A DNA stretch of 64,000 nt from Yuukianura sp. NJ FZ-2021 (Eukaryota). Below are positions 1 to 12,673 of the stretch, piece after piece (position 1 is the stretch's first letter; each line of letters opens with the position of its first letter). The notes below the pieces were generated by a model. It was not told the DNA's origin. It did no database searches and saw only the letters and a program-made list of their open reading frames with translations. The stretch is taken from NCBI GenBank assembly GCA_046563655.1, contig CM102288.1, forward strand, positions 5,518,001 to 5,582,000, read 5' to 3'. The translations under genes were made by a program, and so were the position numbers.

Positions 1-18
1 TGTTTTTAAAAAAAATAG

Positions 19-1164
19 AGAGTACTACCGACGTAGTACGTGAACCAAGCTCGGAATTGGACCAGCAGGGTTTCAAGAAACCTACGAAAACCTTGAAAAG
101 TATGGCGACAAATTTTGATTTGTCGCAAATATACAGAAAACGTGTGCTGTTTTTGAAATTTTTTTTGAAATAGGAATGAGGACAATTCTCGAATTTGAGC
201 AGAACAAGAACAAGAAGTTTGACTTTTTTTCATGGACGGTTGTACTTTCTGGAGTGATGTTGGTAATCAATCCACCGTTTCATAGCATAATGATGATTGG
301 TAAGACGAAAAATTTTGACCCGACAATTCAAAAATTCAATTTCAGAAATTCCTTTTTAAAAAGTTATTTCAATATGTTCCGTTGAATGTCCACAGATACT
401 CCGTGTGCCCCTCATTTTTCTTCTTCCATTTTTTTGAATTGCGGTGACACTCAAGAGGATTCGAATCCATTTGTCCACAAAATTGTTTTCATTTTTATCG
501 AAACTTATTTCGCGCTCTTAATTTTTCTGTCGCTGTCCTTCAACTGGACGCTGATCTTCGTCGGTCTTGGTTGGATTGAAGCCGAACTCAAAGACATGAA
601 GCATTCACAAATTTCACAATTTCCAAATTTTAACAGTTTTAAAAATGATGTCTAAACTGATTCATTTTGCTTCATTGCAGTGAGAAATTGCTAAACGAGG
701 AAGAAAGCGACGTCAGCCTTGTTGGACGTTACAGAAGAATTTCCAGCCTCACTGCTCTTCTCAACGACAGTTTTCGGCTCTACCTGCAGTGGTTCCCCAC
801 ACTACTCCTCGGAATTGTCTCATTTCTGCTCTACGCATGTATCAAATTCCCCAGCGTCGGTTGGCGTGCATATGGAATGTTTCCGTCTTGTCTCATTCGT
901 TGTTCATTCGAGTCATTTACGCCGCTCGGACTCGCTGGGCAGGTCAACCAGAATTGCGTTAATTTTCTGGCACATTGGAAACGCGGTAAGGCAGGTCAGA
1001 CAGTGGAGGAGAAGCGACATCGTCGCCAATGTCGCCGAAGTTGCAGGGTGATTCAGTGCACTGCAGGGGGAATGTTCACTTTTGAAAATTCCATTGTTCT
1101 CACGACAGTCAGCAACTGCATTTTACTCACAATGAACCTCCTTCTTTTGAAAAGTTTCAACTAG
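19..1164 (+). CDS. Gustatory/odorant receptor-like 7TM protein, copy 1 (5'-truncated by window edge; exons ~19-69 or ~19-99, 174-299, 397-600, 681-1164)
   Basis: Same exon structure as, and high similarity to, the complete paralogs at 5923 and 9737; hydrophobic helices; C-terminus RSCRVIQCTAGGMFTFENSIVLTTVSNCILLTMNLLLL resembles the TM7 region of arthropod GR/OR-superfamily proteins. Family assignment is by pattern recognition. Confidence 0.7.
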
Positions 1165-2025
1165 ATTTACAAATTATTTCACAAACTGTAAAAGTTTGGG
1201 AATATTTAAAAATTTAAACCCTGATTAGCTAGTTTTAGCAAGAATTGAGTTATTCTAGGAACTTTTGCTGCTTTTCAAGAGGTTGAAATTTCCAAAGAGA
1301 ACTTTCATTCAAACTTGTTATATTTTGCAAATCACCTTTCTCAGAATTTCAGAAATACTAACGTAAGTTAAAGAAGACTCTTTAAAACCAATAAATGTAT
1401 TAGTCCTCACGCCATGACAAACCTTGGTTTTGTTATTCCAATTTTTTTTACAGACGTGCAAGGACTACTACTTGAAATTTGCATCACAAATTTTAAAATC
1501 TGCCAAACAATTTGGGAATTAAAAAAAAAGATTAAAAAAAAAAAAAAAAAAAAAAAAATTGGGAAATGATGTAAATATTAGTAGGTCAATATTAAATCCA
1601 AAAATGTAGACTGAACAAAATTTAAGCATGAAGTTTTTTAGTTCTTAAACTTTCTTAATCAAAATTTTGTTAATTTTACGATGAACTTTCCAGATACAAG
1701 CCTCCACTACACGTACGGCAATAACTACCAAATTGGAATTTATTTTGAAAATAAAATTTAACTGCTCAAATGCGCCTGCGCAACTGACATTGAGTTTGTA
1801 TTTGGCCTTGTTCAACTTTAATGTTCCCTTGGAGTTTCCAAAGAGCTTTAGCTTCAAAAACTCCGTGTGTTGCATCACAATGACAAAGGACCTTAAAAGT
1901 TCCCATCACTTCTGACAGTATATAATTAACTTTTGTAAAATTTCGATTTCCAGTGTATTTCTTGCTTTCAGCACGCAAAAGTTGCAATAACTTGAACTTT
2001 CAAATCAAAAATTAGAACTTCCGAA

Positions 2026-2760
2026 ATGAATCGCTTCATTTTTGCTACTTTCTGCGTTGGACTCGTTTTTGTACTTTTCGAAAATTCAAGCTGTGATTCT
2101 CCTCCAGGTAATCAGTTACCACCCAATTTTTTTCCCAGAACTAACACTAAATTTTTAAACCTAGCGCTATTTCTAATGTGGTAATTTCATTATTTTTTTA
2201 AATTTTTAAATTTTGAAGTTAAGGACGCATGTTTTTCGAAACCGTGTCCTCCTGGACAGACTTGTGTGAATGAGCCCAAACAATGCTTCACCACGCCGTG
2301 TCCTCAGTACACATGCACCCCACGAACTGTCAGTAAGTCATGTTTTGGAAAATTTGTAGTGTTGAAACAACAAAAATCAAATCTGTGAAATTTCAAAAAC
2401 TCATCTTAAATTCACTGAAACATTCAGCTCTCCAACTCTTCAGCTCTTGGAGTTTGAAGAATACAAAGAACTTATTTAAAAAAATGTTTTTTTTTGTTCG
2501 GTTTGTTGTGCTTAGGACCTTGTGAAACAATGAAGTGTCGTGCTGGCTACCGTTGTGAAAACAATATCAAGTGTTCAGGTAAAGTGTGCGGGGAAGTGGG
2601 CGAGTGTGTTCCAGATCCTGATCAAGGAACGACTGGCAAATGCCCTACGCAAGACTATTCAGACTGCGTTTATGAGGATTGTACGAAAAGTGGATGTGGG
2701 AAGGGGTTGCTGTGCTGTTCCAAACCTTGCGGTGGAACATGGTGTGTGAATCCAGCTTAA
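2026..2760 (+). CDS. Secreted cysteine-rich protein: signal peptide, two follistatin-N-like Cys repeats and a C-terminal WAP (four-disulfide core) domain; 3 exons
   Basis: Exon 1 [23 protein letters not shown] (signal peptide); exon 2 [29 protein letters not shown]; exon 3 ends [40 protein letters not shown] (8-Cys WAP pattern). GT-AG introns join in frame. Confidence 0.8.
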
Positions 2761-3199
2761 GTCAACCCCAGATGAAAAAAAAATCCAGGAAATAAATTTT
2801 ATTAGCAACTGCTCCTTAGGTTGACTGGAATAACTTGAATTAACCAAAACTTATCTAACATACAACATTATGCTAAATCTAACCTGGTTTTCCAATGAAA
2901 AAAAACGACAAATTTTTGAAAATTTTGATCATGTAAGACAATCTAACAAGTAGTTCTGCTAAAGTTAGACCAGAAAATCAAAAAAGTGTTTGGGAGAAAA
3001 AGTTGTTTAAACAATTTAAAGTAAACAAAGGCTCCGAAATCTCTTCCACAAAAATGGCTTCTATGATTTATTCTTGTCATAAAACTACAGCAGAACTTGG
3101 CTTTGCGAGTTGAAATTATCGTTACTGAATTTTTTTCAGCATTAAGGTGTGCGGACACACTGGAAACTGGGGGTCAAAATGCCGCTGTAACACCGCCAC

Positions 3200-3481
3200 G
3201 CAAAAATGGTTTTGGTCAGCGTAGAAATGTCGTACAGTGACCTACAATATATCAAACTTTAGGCAAAGACTTGATCTAGTACTATTACGTTGCAAACTTA
3301 TTTAATTCCAAGTGTAACTATGCAGAAAAAGGGGCTGAATATTTGTGTCCATTTTTTTCATTGTTAGAATTATAATTTCATAATTTTAAAACGTAATAGT
3401 ACTAGATCAACTCTTTTCCTAAAGTTTGATATATTGTGGGTTACTGTACGACATTCCTACGCTGACCAAAACCATTTTTGC
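3200..3481. mobile_element. MITE-like inverted repeat (~92-bp imperfect arms, ~98-bp spacer)
   Basis: 3200-3291 (gcaaaaatggttttggtcagcgtag...ctagtactattacgtt) is the reverse complement of 3390-3481 with scattered mismatches. It may lie within a larger TTAA-flanked unit at 3146-3729. Confidence 0.6.
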
Positions 3482-4264
3482 ATTTCAATGTCGCAGCCTC
3501 AGAAAAGTTGTTGACAAAACCCAAACGACGGCAACCGAACTTGCGTCAGTTTTGTTTGTTTGAAAGTGCATACTTTTTTTTTATCAAGGTATTTGCACTG
3601 ATCCTTTTTCACCACTCACGAGGGTGTTTCTTTTTGTCGATGTCTGCAACTTTTACTAACTACACAAGCTCGGTTATCGTGGTTACTAAATTTAACGATT
3701 ATTGTTTATTAGACGCATAACACACGTCCTTAAACCAACCCAAAAAAAGTTAGGCACAAATAGCATAGTAAAAAAAAGTTTGCATGAATACACTACTTTA
3801 GATAAACCCGTTTCCAAATCAAACAGCGACTATTGGTTTTAAGATCAAGGAATGCAAAAACACGTTAAGAGTCCACAGTGAGTCATCCGTAAAGTGGTTT
3901 TGAATTTGCATTGTGATGAAAATGCAATCTGAAACTGCTTACTCGAATGTTGTTGATAACCTATGCTGTCGGTCGTTTCAGAGTAATGTCGACGCCAGAA
4001 CAAAGACGCTGTCTAAAGGAGATAACAGAATTCGGTGCGATTTCAAGAAGTAGCATGAATTATCAATTCTGCACAACAAAGCAAAGATTAGTAACATTAG
4101 TAACAAGAAGAAAAAAATTCAGCTTGGTTTATTTTATTAGGCAGTTGAAAATTGGTTGGAGTACAGAAATAACTGTTAGCTTTTCTCGTTTTTTTACGCA
4201 GAAAAAGCAGATCGAAATTTTTTCAAGGTCTTGAAAATTTATTGAAAAGGACGCCAGACGAAAA

Positions 4265-5266
4265 ATGAAGGTCAACTACCAATACGCCGGTCATGTCAAG
4301 TTTGTGGGAATTTTGGAAATTGTGAGAAATTAAATTTCATAAATATATGTTTATATTTATGTAGAAATATTTATAAAAAAAGAAGAATAGCACAGAAATA
4401 TTTATTATGCTAACCTCAATAATCAACTTTCAACAAAAAGGAAAGTGTCGCTAAAATCAAAAACTCATATTTCTATGACTTTGAATTTGCAATGAAATTT
4501 TTAGAAATAAGCCTCCGTGAAGTGCAATTTCGTGTTAAATTGATTAATTTATTACTTAATTATAATTAATTGGCGATTAATTTATTTTATTTTATTCACT
4601 TATAGATCTTCCAAGTATTGTCCACCCTCGTTGTATTTGGGCTAGTGGCTATTCTGGCAGTGGGAACTGGTGCAATGTTTTCTGTCGAAAGTGGCCAAAA
4701 ATATTACCTCCTTTCCAACATCCTTCACATACGGGATGCAGAAAATTCAATTTCTGGAGGGATGATTGCTTTTGTAGTCATTCTTGGTAAGCACTAAATC
4801 AGTTCAACAAATTTTGACATGTTAAAAAATGGAAGTGTTAAATGCCTTTTGCGTTCTACAGTTCTTGTGGTGATTTTTCAATGTTGGATGGTCCACTTGG
4901 TGTTTTCTGGGGGACAAAAGGTTAGACATGGAAACAGGAAAAATACTTTGTGTTAAAATGAACAACAACTTCACACAAAAATTAGAAAAATGGAATATTC
5001 TGCCCAAAAAAAAATGTTTTTTTTTCATGTTTTTCTAGCAAAATGCTGGTCGTCTCACTATTTGGTACATTATTCAATCAATCTTTGCTGTCTTCCATGT
5101 CCTTGGCTTTATTGGTGTTCTCGTGCTTAAGTTGCCATTGTTTTGCATCATTATCGGCATCCTGGAACTTGTTTACCGAATCTACGCCATCCATGTCGTC
5201 CGCTGCCATGCTGCCGAGATCAACGAATATGTCAACAGCCGATTTTCCATTCAAAACCAAACTTAA
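4265..5266 (+). CDS. Small four-transmembrane protein of unknown function (LAPTM/tetraspan-like topology), copy 1; 4 exons, ~175 aa
   Basis: Spliced ORF MKVNYQYAGHVKFVGILEI/IFQVLSTLVVFGLVAILAVG...ILV/LVVIFQCWMVHLVFSGGQK/QNAGRLTIWYIIQSIFAVFHVLGFIGVLVLKLPLFCIIIGILELVYRIYAIHVV...; canonical GT-AG; conserved in the paralog at 8193. Confidence 0.75.
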
Positions 5267-5922
5267 AATTATCCCTAAGAGCTCAATAAGGCTTTGGATA
5301 ATTGCAGCTTTTTATCGAAAACAACTCAATAAATAGTTGTACTTTTACCTTACCTTTCATGTTACTAGCTCTCAGAAATGAGTAAAGGCACTTATCTTAC
5401 TATCTTACACAAATTCGATAGCAATCATCTTGATGTTTTTTAACTAGCTCTAGAAAAACAAGACATCGATACACACGTATCAATGTTTTGAGTTTTTGAA
5501 ATGTCTTGTTAGGAATAAATGCCACAATTATGTAGCATTTCGTGCATTAGTTTACGCTTCACCCCACATGTTGTTCCACTGATGAATGGCATACACTTAG
5601 GTCATTATGTCAGTCACATTTCAAATTGCTAACTGAAAAGACTTGTCTATATTGAAAAATAACAAATTTACAACAACAAAAAAGTTTAAAGATTCAATCT
5701 GCTTGAATATTGTGTTTTGAAAGAAACACAAACAATTCGGCAGGTGAGATTAAACAAAAATTAGTATCTATTACCGAGGCACTACTTATGGATTTTTTAA
5801 TTTTTTCTTTTCCCAAAATCATAAAATATTTTGAAACATTTCTGCAAGAAAAAAGTAACTGATTCAACACTTTTTTCAAATTTAGAAAAAGACCCAAGCA
5901 AACAGAAAAAACAAAAGTTCAA

Positions 5923-7448
5923 ATGATTTCAGATCTTGGATTTTGGTTTCTTCAAAATTCACTTTGGTTCATCTGTTTTTGTCGAATGGCTCCGTACAAG
6001 TGGAATGGAGAGACGTGTCAACTTGAATTTTTGACGTCGTGGTACGATCGCATGCTTTACGTTGTCAATCGTACTGTTGCGTTTTTACTTGCTCTTTTTT
6101 CAACTTGTCGATTTGTCCAATCATATTTGCATCACAATTCAAATTCCAAAAATTTCGTTCCGCGAATTGCTGCGATGAATATACTGTGGGGTTTAGCATA
6201 CTTTATGGCAGCCATTGCTTTCTACCAGTACGAGCGCAAGAAATCGAATGCTCGCCTTTTTGGAAACGCTATACTCAAATCCATCCAAGCAACCAAAAAA
6301 TGTAAGACTCAAATTTTCAAAATTTAAAAAAAAACTTTTAAACTGGTTTTTTTCAAAAAATAGATACTGCTGCGACGGAAGTGCTTACACCTGGTAAGAC
6401 ATTTTGCAATTTCTGCAATGTTCTCGGAAAACTTACTGTTTTTAAAAGTTTTTTCAATTATTTAGGAATGACAATTTCTGGAAATAAGCAGAACAAGAAG
6501 AATGCAATTGACTTTTTTTCATTTACGGTAATTCTTTCTGGAGTGATGTTGTTCATCAACCCACCGTTTCATAGCATAATGATGATCGGTAAGAAGAAAA
6601 ATTTTGCAACTGCAATTCATCAAAAATTCAATTTCAAAAATCATTTGTGAAAAGTTTTTTTCAAAATTTGTAATGATTACAGATACTCCATGTGCCCCTC
6701 ATTTTTCCTCTTCACTTTTTTTGAATTGTGGTGACGTTGAAGAGGACTCGAATCCATTTGTCGACAAAATTGTCTTCATTTTTGTCGAAACTTATTTCAT
6801 ACTCTTATTTCTCCTTCCACTGTCCTTCAACTGGACATTCATCTACGTTGGTCTTGGTTGGATTGGAGCCGAACTCAAAGACATGAAGCACTCACAAATT
6901 CCAAATTTTAAATTTTAAAAGTTTCACAAATTATGTCTCAACTTCACATTTTGTTTTATTGCAGTGAGAAATTGACAAATGAAGAAGAAAGTGACGTGAG
7001 CCTTGTCCGACGTTACAGACGAATCTCCAGCCTCATCGCTCTTCTCAACGACAGTTTCCGGTTCTACTTGCAGTGGTTCCCCACACTACTCCTCGGAATT
7101 GTCTCATTTCTGCTTTACGCATGTATTAAATTCCCAAGTGTCGGATGGCGTGCTTACGCTGGGTTCCCGTTATGTCTCGTTCGCTGCTCATTTGAGTCAT
7201 TTACGCCGCTCGGGCTCGCTGGGCAGGTCAACCAGAATTGCGTTCATTTTTTGACGCACTGGAAACGCGGCGGGAGAGGTCAAACGGAGGAGGAGAAGCG
7301 ATATCGTCGCCAATGTCGCCGTAGTTGCAGGGTGATTCAATGCACTGCAGGGGGAATGTTCACTTTTGAAAATTCCATTGTTCTCACCACAGTCAGCAAC
7401 TGCATTTTACTCACAATGAACCTCCTTCTTTTGAAAAGTTTCAACTAG
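5923..7448 (+). CDS. Gustatory/odorant receptor-like 7TM protein, copy 2; 5 exons, ~405 aa
   Basis: Exons ~5923-6301, 6364-6393, 6467-6588, 6684-6887, 6965-7448 join in frame if intron 4 is GC-AG. Size, multiple TM segments and C-terminal motif fit the GR/OR superfamily. Confidence 0.75.
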
Positions 7449-8192
7449 TTTTACAAATTATTTCACAAACTGTGAGAGTTTAGAAATATTTAAAAATTTA
7501 AACCCTGATTAGCTAGTTTTAGCAAGAATTTAGTAATTTTAAGAACTTGTGCTGCTTTTCCTCGGTGTTTTATTTCACAAGGCAATTTCATTCACGTTCC
7601 ATTTAAAATATTGATAAAAAATATTTTGCCATCACTGGTCACAATACAGCGGAACTTGGTTTCGCAAGTTGAAATTAGCAAACTGGGTTTCTTTCGGCAA
7701 ACCAACGCAAAAAAAAAGTAAAACAAAAATCACTGAAATCCCACATTAGACAAACCCGTTTCCAAATGAAACAGAGCCTGTATTAGTCTTAAGACCAACA
7801 ACTATAATAATAAAAGAGTCCTTAGTCACTCATTTGCTATAAAGCGGTTCTGAATTTACAGTGTGATGAAAATGTAATTTGAAACTGCTTACTCCAATGT
7901 TGTTGATAACCTTGCTGTAGGTCGTTCCAAAGTCATGTCGTCGAAAGACGCTGTCCGATAGAGAGATGACGGGAAGCGGTTATAATTTCTTGGAAGGAGA
8001 CAAATGAATTACAAATTCTCCAGAACAAAGCAAAGAATAAGCAGAAGAATAAAATTCAGCGCCTGTTTTATTAAGCAGTTGGAGATTGGTAGAAGCAGAG
8101 TAAACAACGCTTAAGTTTTTGTTTTAGTTGCACAATAAAGGAAATCGAAGTTTTTACAAAACCTTGCATTTTGCAAACGACGCCACAAAAAA

Positions 8193-9106
8193 ATGACGGC
8201 CAACTACCAATACGCCGGTCATGTCAAGTTTGTTGGAATTTTGGAAATTGTGAGAACTTTAATTTCATAAATGTATATACATAAATATTCATAAAATGAA
8301 ATCGAACAACAATATTTCCTAGAAAGTTAACTGCATGAAACAACTTTTAAGAAAAAAAAGTTTCATTAAAAATCTGAAAACTCAAATATTTCATGAATGT
8401 TGAACTTTCGGTAAAATTTTGACAGATCTTTCAAGTTTTGTCGACGCTCGTAGTATTTGTTGCGCTGGCTATGCTGGCAGTGGGAGCTGGTGCCATTTTT
8501 TCAGTAAGAAGTCGCAGCCAGTATGACTTTCCGTCCAACACAATTCACATTGACGACAACGCAGCCCGTGATGCACAAAATGCAGTTTCTGGAATGATGA
8601 TTGCTGGTGTAGTTATTCTTGGTAAGAACAAAATCCGTTGAACAAATTTTGAAAATTTTTGAAAAATTGTCAAAAAAATGGTAGTGTTAGATAACTTTTG
8701 TGTTCTACAGTTCTTGTGGTGATTTTTCAAGCATGGATGGTCCACTTGGTGTTCTCTGGAGGACAAAAGGTTAGGCTTGCAAAATACAAATTATTTTTGA
8801 AAAAAAACAACGATTTCACACAAAAATCAGAAAAATCAAATATTCTTTGAAAAAAATTTTTTTTTTATGTTTTTTTAGCAAAATGCTGGTCGTCTCACTA
8901 TTTGGTACATTGTTCAATCAGTCTTTACTGCCTTCCATGTCTTTGGCCTTATTGCTGCTCTCATGATTGAGTTGCCATGGTTTTTCATCCTTATCGGCCT
9001 CCTGCAACTGGCTTACCGAATCTACTCCATCCATGTCGTCCGCTGTCATGCTGCCGAGATCAACGAGTATGTCAACAGCCGATTTTCCGTTCACAACCAA
9101 ATTTAA
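8193..9106 (+). CDS. Small four-transmembrane protein, copy 2; 4 exons
   Basis: MTANYQYAGHVKFVGILEI/IFQVLSTLVVFVALAMLAVGAG...; same intron positions as copy 1; stop TAA at 9104-9106. Confidence 0.75.
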
Positions 9107-9736
9107 AATTATCTCCAAGGGCTCAACCCAACTTTTGAATTATTGGACAATTTTTATCGGAAACAACTAACTAAATAGTTGTACTTTTACCTTAACTTTC
9201 ATGTTCAATTTCTGAATGTCATCTCTGTTAATAGCTCTCAGAAATCAGTAAAGGCACTTATCTTACTATCTAACACAAATTCGATAGCAATCATCTTGTT
9301 CACAGTGAAATAGCTCTAGGGAAACACGACATCGATACACATTACACAGTCATTATCACAAAAGCGTCCCCATAAACACAAAATGACGCACAAGATTCCC
9401 AATTAAAAAACAATTTAAATTCGGCAAACATGGTTCCGATTTTATTGGCTTTATAATTTGAACTATCTTTAAAGCGTTAGCTCTCTACAGCCAACCACTT
9501 GTAAGAACAACGTAAACTTTCCTGTTGTATAATTTTTTTAGAAACTTGTTTTTTAATGTAATGCTTACCTTAGAAATAAATGCTACTTTTATTTAGCGAT
9601 GTTTGCAGCAGTTTAGGCATATACATGTCCTATTATTGACACTTGGTAGCCCTTATAAGTATGAGAAGGGAAGCTCCATGTCACACACTTCATCTGCATT
9701 GTTAACTGAAAGACTAGTCTATTTTGAAAAGTTGAA

Positions 9737-11277
9737 ATGATTTCTGATTTTGGATTTCGTTCTCTCCAAAATTCACTTTGGTTCATCTGTTTTTGTCGAA
9801 TGGCTCCGTACAAGTGGAATGGAGAGACGTGTCAACTTGAATTTTTGACGTCGTGGTACGATCGTACGATTTACGTTGTCAACCGTACTGTGATATTCTT
9901 ACTTGCTGTTTTTTCGAATTGCCGATTCATCCAATCATATTTATACCACACTCTAAATTCCAAAATTTTGCTGCCGCGAATTGCTGCGATGAATATTCTG
10001 TGGGGCTTAGCATATGCGATGGCAGCCATCTGCTTCTACCAGTACGATCGGAAGAGAACCAACATCCGCCTGTTTGGAAACGCTATTCTCAATTCCATTC
10101 ATGCAACTAAAAAATGTAAAACAGAAATTTTCAAAAGTAAAAGAAAAAGTAATTTTCTAAACTTGTTTTTCAAAAAAATAGGTAGCACAGCGACCGAGGT
10201 ACCAAGACCAGGTAAGAAATGTTGCAATTTCTGCAATGTTCGAAAAACTTTTGTTGTTTTTGAAAGTTTTTTTTTCATATAGAAATAAAGACAATTTCCG
10301 GAAATGAGCAGAACAAGAAGAATGCAATTGACTTTTTTTCATTTACGGTAATTCTTTCTGGAGTGATGTTGTTCATCAACCCACCGTTTCATAGCATAAT
10401 GATGATCGGTAAGACGAAACATTTTGCAACTACAATTCATCAAAAATTCAATTTCAAAATTCATGTGTGAAAAGTTTTCTTCAAAATTTGTAATGATTAC
10501 AGATACTCCATGTGCCCCTCATTTTTCCTCTTCACTTTTTTTGAATTGTGGTAACGTTGAAGAGGACTCGAATCCACTTGTCGACAAAATTGTCTTTATT
10601 TTTGTCGAAACTTATTTCATACTCTTAGTTCTCCTTCCGCTGTCCTTCAACTGGACATTCATCTACGTTGGTCTTGGTTGGATTGGAGCCGAACTCAAAG
10701 ACATGAAGCACTCACAAATTTCAAATTTTACAAATTTCAAATTGTAAAAGTTTCACAAATTATGCCTAAACTACACATTTTGTTTTATTACAGTGAGAAG
10801 TTGATAAACGAGGAAGAAAGTGACGTCAGCCTTGTCCGACGTTACAGACGAATTTCCAGCCTCATCGCTCTTTTGAACGACAGTTTCCGGTTCTACCTGC
10901 AGTGGTTTCCCACACTACTCCTCGGAATTGTCTCATTCCTGCTCTACGCATGTATCGAATTCCCAAGTGTGGGATGGCGTGCATACGCCATGTTCCCATC
11001 TTGCCTCATTCGCTGCTCATTTGAGTCATTTACGCCCCTGGCACTTGCCGGGCATGTCAACCAGACTTGCGTTGATTTTTTGGCCCACTGGAAACGCGGC
11101 AAGAGAGGTCAAACGGAGGAGGAGAAGCGACATCGTCGCCAGTGTCGCCGAAGTTGCAGGGTGATTCAGTGCACTGCTGGAGAATTGTTCACTTTTGAAA
11201 ATTCCATTGTTCTCACAACAGTCAGCAACTGCATTTTACTCACAATGAACCTCCTTTTGTTGAAAAATTTTAACTAA
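9737..11277 (+). CDS. Gustatory/odorant receptor-like 7TM protein, copy 3; 5 exons
   Basis: Paralog of copy 2 with the same intron phases; open frame across exons; intron 4 inferred as GC-AG (10708-10793). Confidence 0.75.
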
Positions 11278-12128
11278 ATTTTTTAAATCTTACAATATGA
11301 ATATTCTTTGAGAAAAATTTTCAACGTCCTATTGAGAATCTGTAAATTATTTCAATTCTGAAAAGAACTGATTTTGTTCGTTTACCACTTTTTGTTATCG
11401 TGGGTAGTGCACTAGACTGAGTTTTTTCTTATGTATTTTAGCTGCAGTCAATTTAGAAAAAGGTGTTTGTTATATAGTTAATTTATCGTAACACCAAAGT
11501 GTGCCATAAAAAAATAAGTAAATGTTTTTTTGTGGGAGTTGGCTATTCTTAAAACAAATTGTTTATGTAATACACTACTGGAACTTGGTTTAAAAAAAAC
11601 ACAATTTTGTGCCATCTCTTGGTAGTAAAGTCAAAAAATTCATAGTAGCATCATTAGGTCTGAAATAAAATCTTTATTTTTGGTAACAAATTGTGTCGGA
11701 TTTGTCAGAATGTTTCAAAATTGTCCTGCATTGTAAGTCAAACTCTGTGCAGTTAACACAGAGTTAAACGAAGTTCATACATTTCTTAATTCTTTTGTGA
11801 TTTCTTTTTCTACAAACCTTCAACAAACAAGCTGCAAACACACATTACTGAAATAACTAGCAAATTAGATGTCTAACCTCCACGTTTTTGTACTTAAACT
11901 TTATGATCCATTGACGTCGTCTATATCACTTCAGCTTATAACGAAAAACTCCGTTTGTCACATCACAATGACAAAGGAAGTTTAAGAGTTCCGTCGTCCT
12001 TGAAATTATTTATGTAATTAACGCTCAGTGGATTTCAATTTTTAGTACGCTTGCTGCCACAACTAAGACCAACGTTTGAGTAAAAAAAAAGTTGAATTTC
12101 AAAAGCGAGAATTTCAAAAATAGCGACA

Positions 12129-12481
12129 ATGAACCGCTTTATTTTTGCTACTATCTGCGTTGGACTCGTTTTTGTACTTGTGGAAAATTCGAGTGCTTTA
12201 CCAGGTTCAGGTAACGAATCAACTACGCACAATTTTCTTTTCCTAGAGACTAAATTTTATTTTGTCAGTGTTTTTGGATATCTTTTTTAAAGTTCTAATT
12301 CGATATTTTGACACACTTGTGTGTTTTGGATCTAGCTGTTACGCCAAAGGCCAAATGCCCACGTACGACAGTAAAGTCTTCAAGCTGCAAAAATGTGCAG
12401 TGTACACAAAGTGAATGTAGTGGCGGGTTGCGGTGCTGTCCTACTGAATGCGGTGGAACATCTTGTGTGAAACCACGTTAA
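12129..12481 (+). CDS. Secreted single-WAP-domain peptide (waprin/crustin-like); 2 exons
   Basis: [75 protein letters not shown]: signal peptide plus 8-Cys WAP pattern. Confidence 0.8.
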
Positions 12482-12673
12482 GTCAAACGTAAATGCAGAG
12501 AGAAAACGTTTCATCAAATAAATTTTGTTACTTACTCGTTACGTTGACTGGAATAACTTGAATTCATCAACTTCAAATTGAACTTATTTCATCGAAATAA
12601 GAGTGCTTTTTTTATTCAATAGAATATAAAAAATATTTTTAGGTTTAGTTTTTCAACGTTCTGAGAAATTGGC

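Larger units (their letters stand above)
3800..11277 (+). repeat. Tandem segmental duplication (~3.8-3.9 kb unit: 4-TM gene + GR-like gene)
   Basis: Approximately 3800-7450 aligns by eye with approximately 7748-11277, including non-coding blocks (aaacccgtttccaaat; tgtgatgaaaatg.aat.tgaaactgcttactc; aaggcacttatcttactatct). The 3' flank of GR copy 1 (1164-1275) matches that of copy 2 (7448-7560). Confidence 0.85.

Noticed and set aside
1521..1558. Poly(A) run as a retroposon tail
   Set aside because: No recognisable element body; only a weak ttgggaa flanking repeat.
5043..5336. ORF-track proteins at 5043-5336, 5078-5260, 8918-9118 and 8967-9170
   Set aside because: Alternative-frame or antisense shadows of the last exon of the 4-TM genes.
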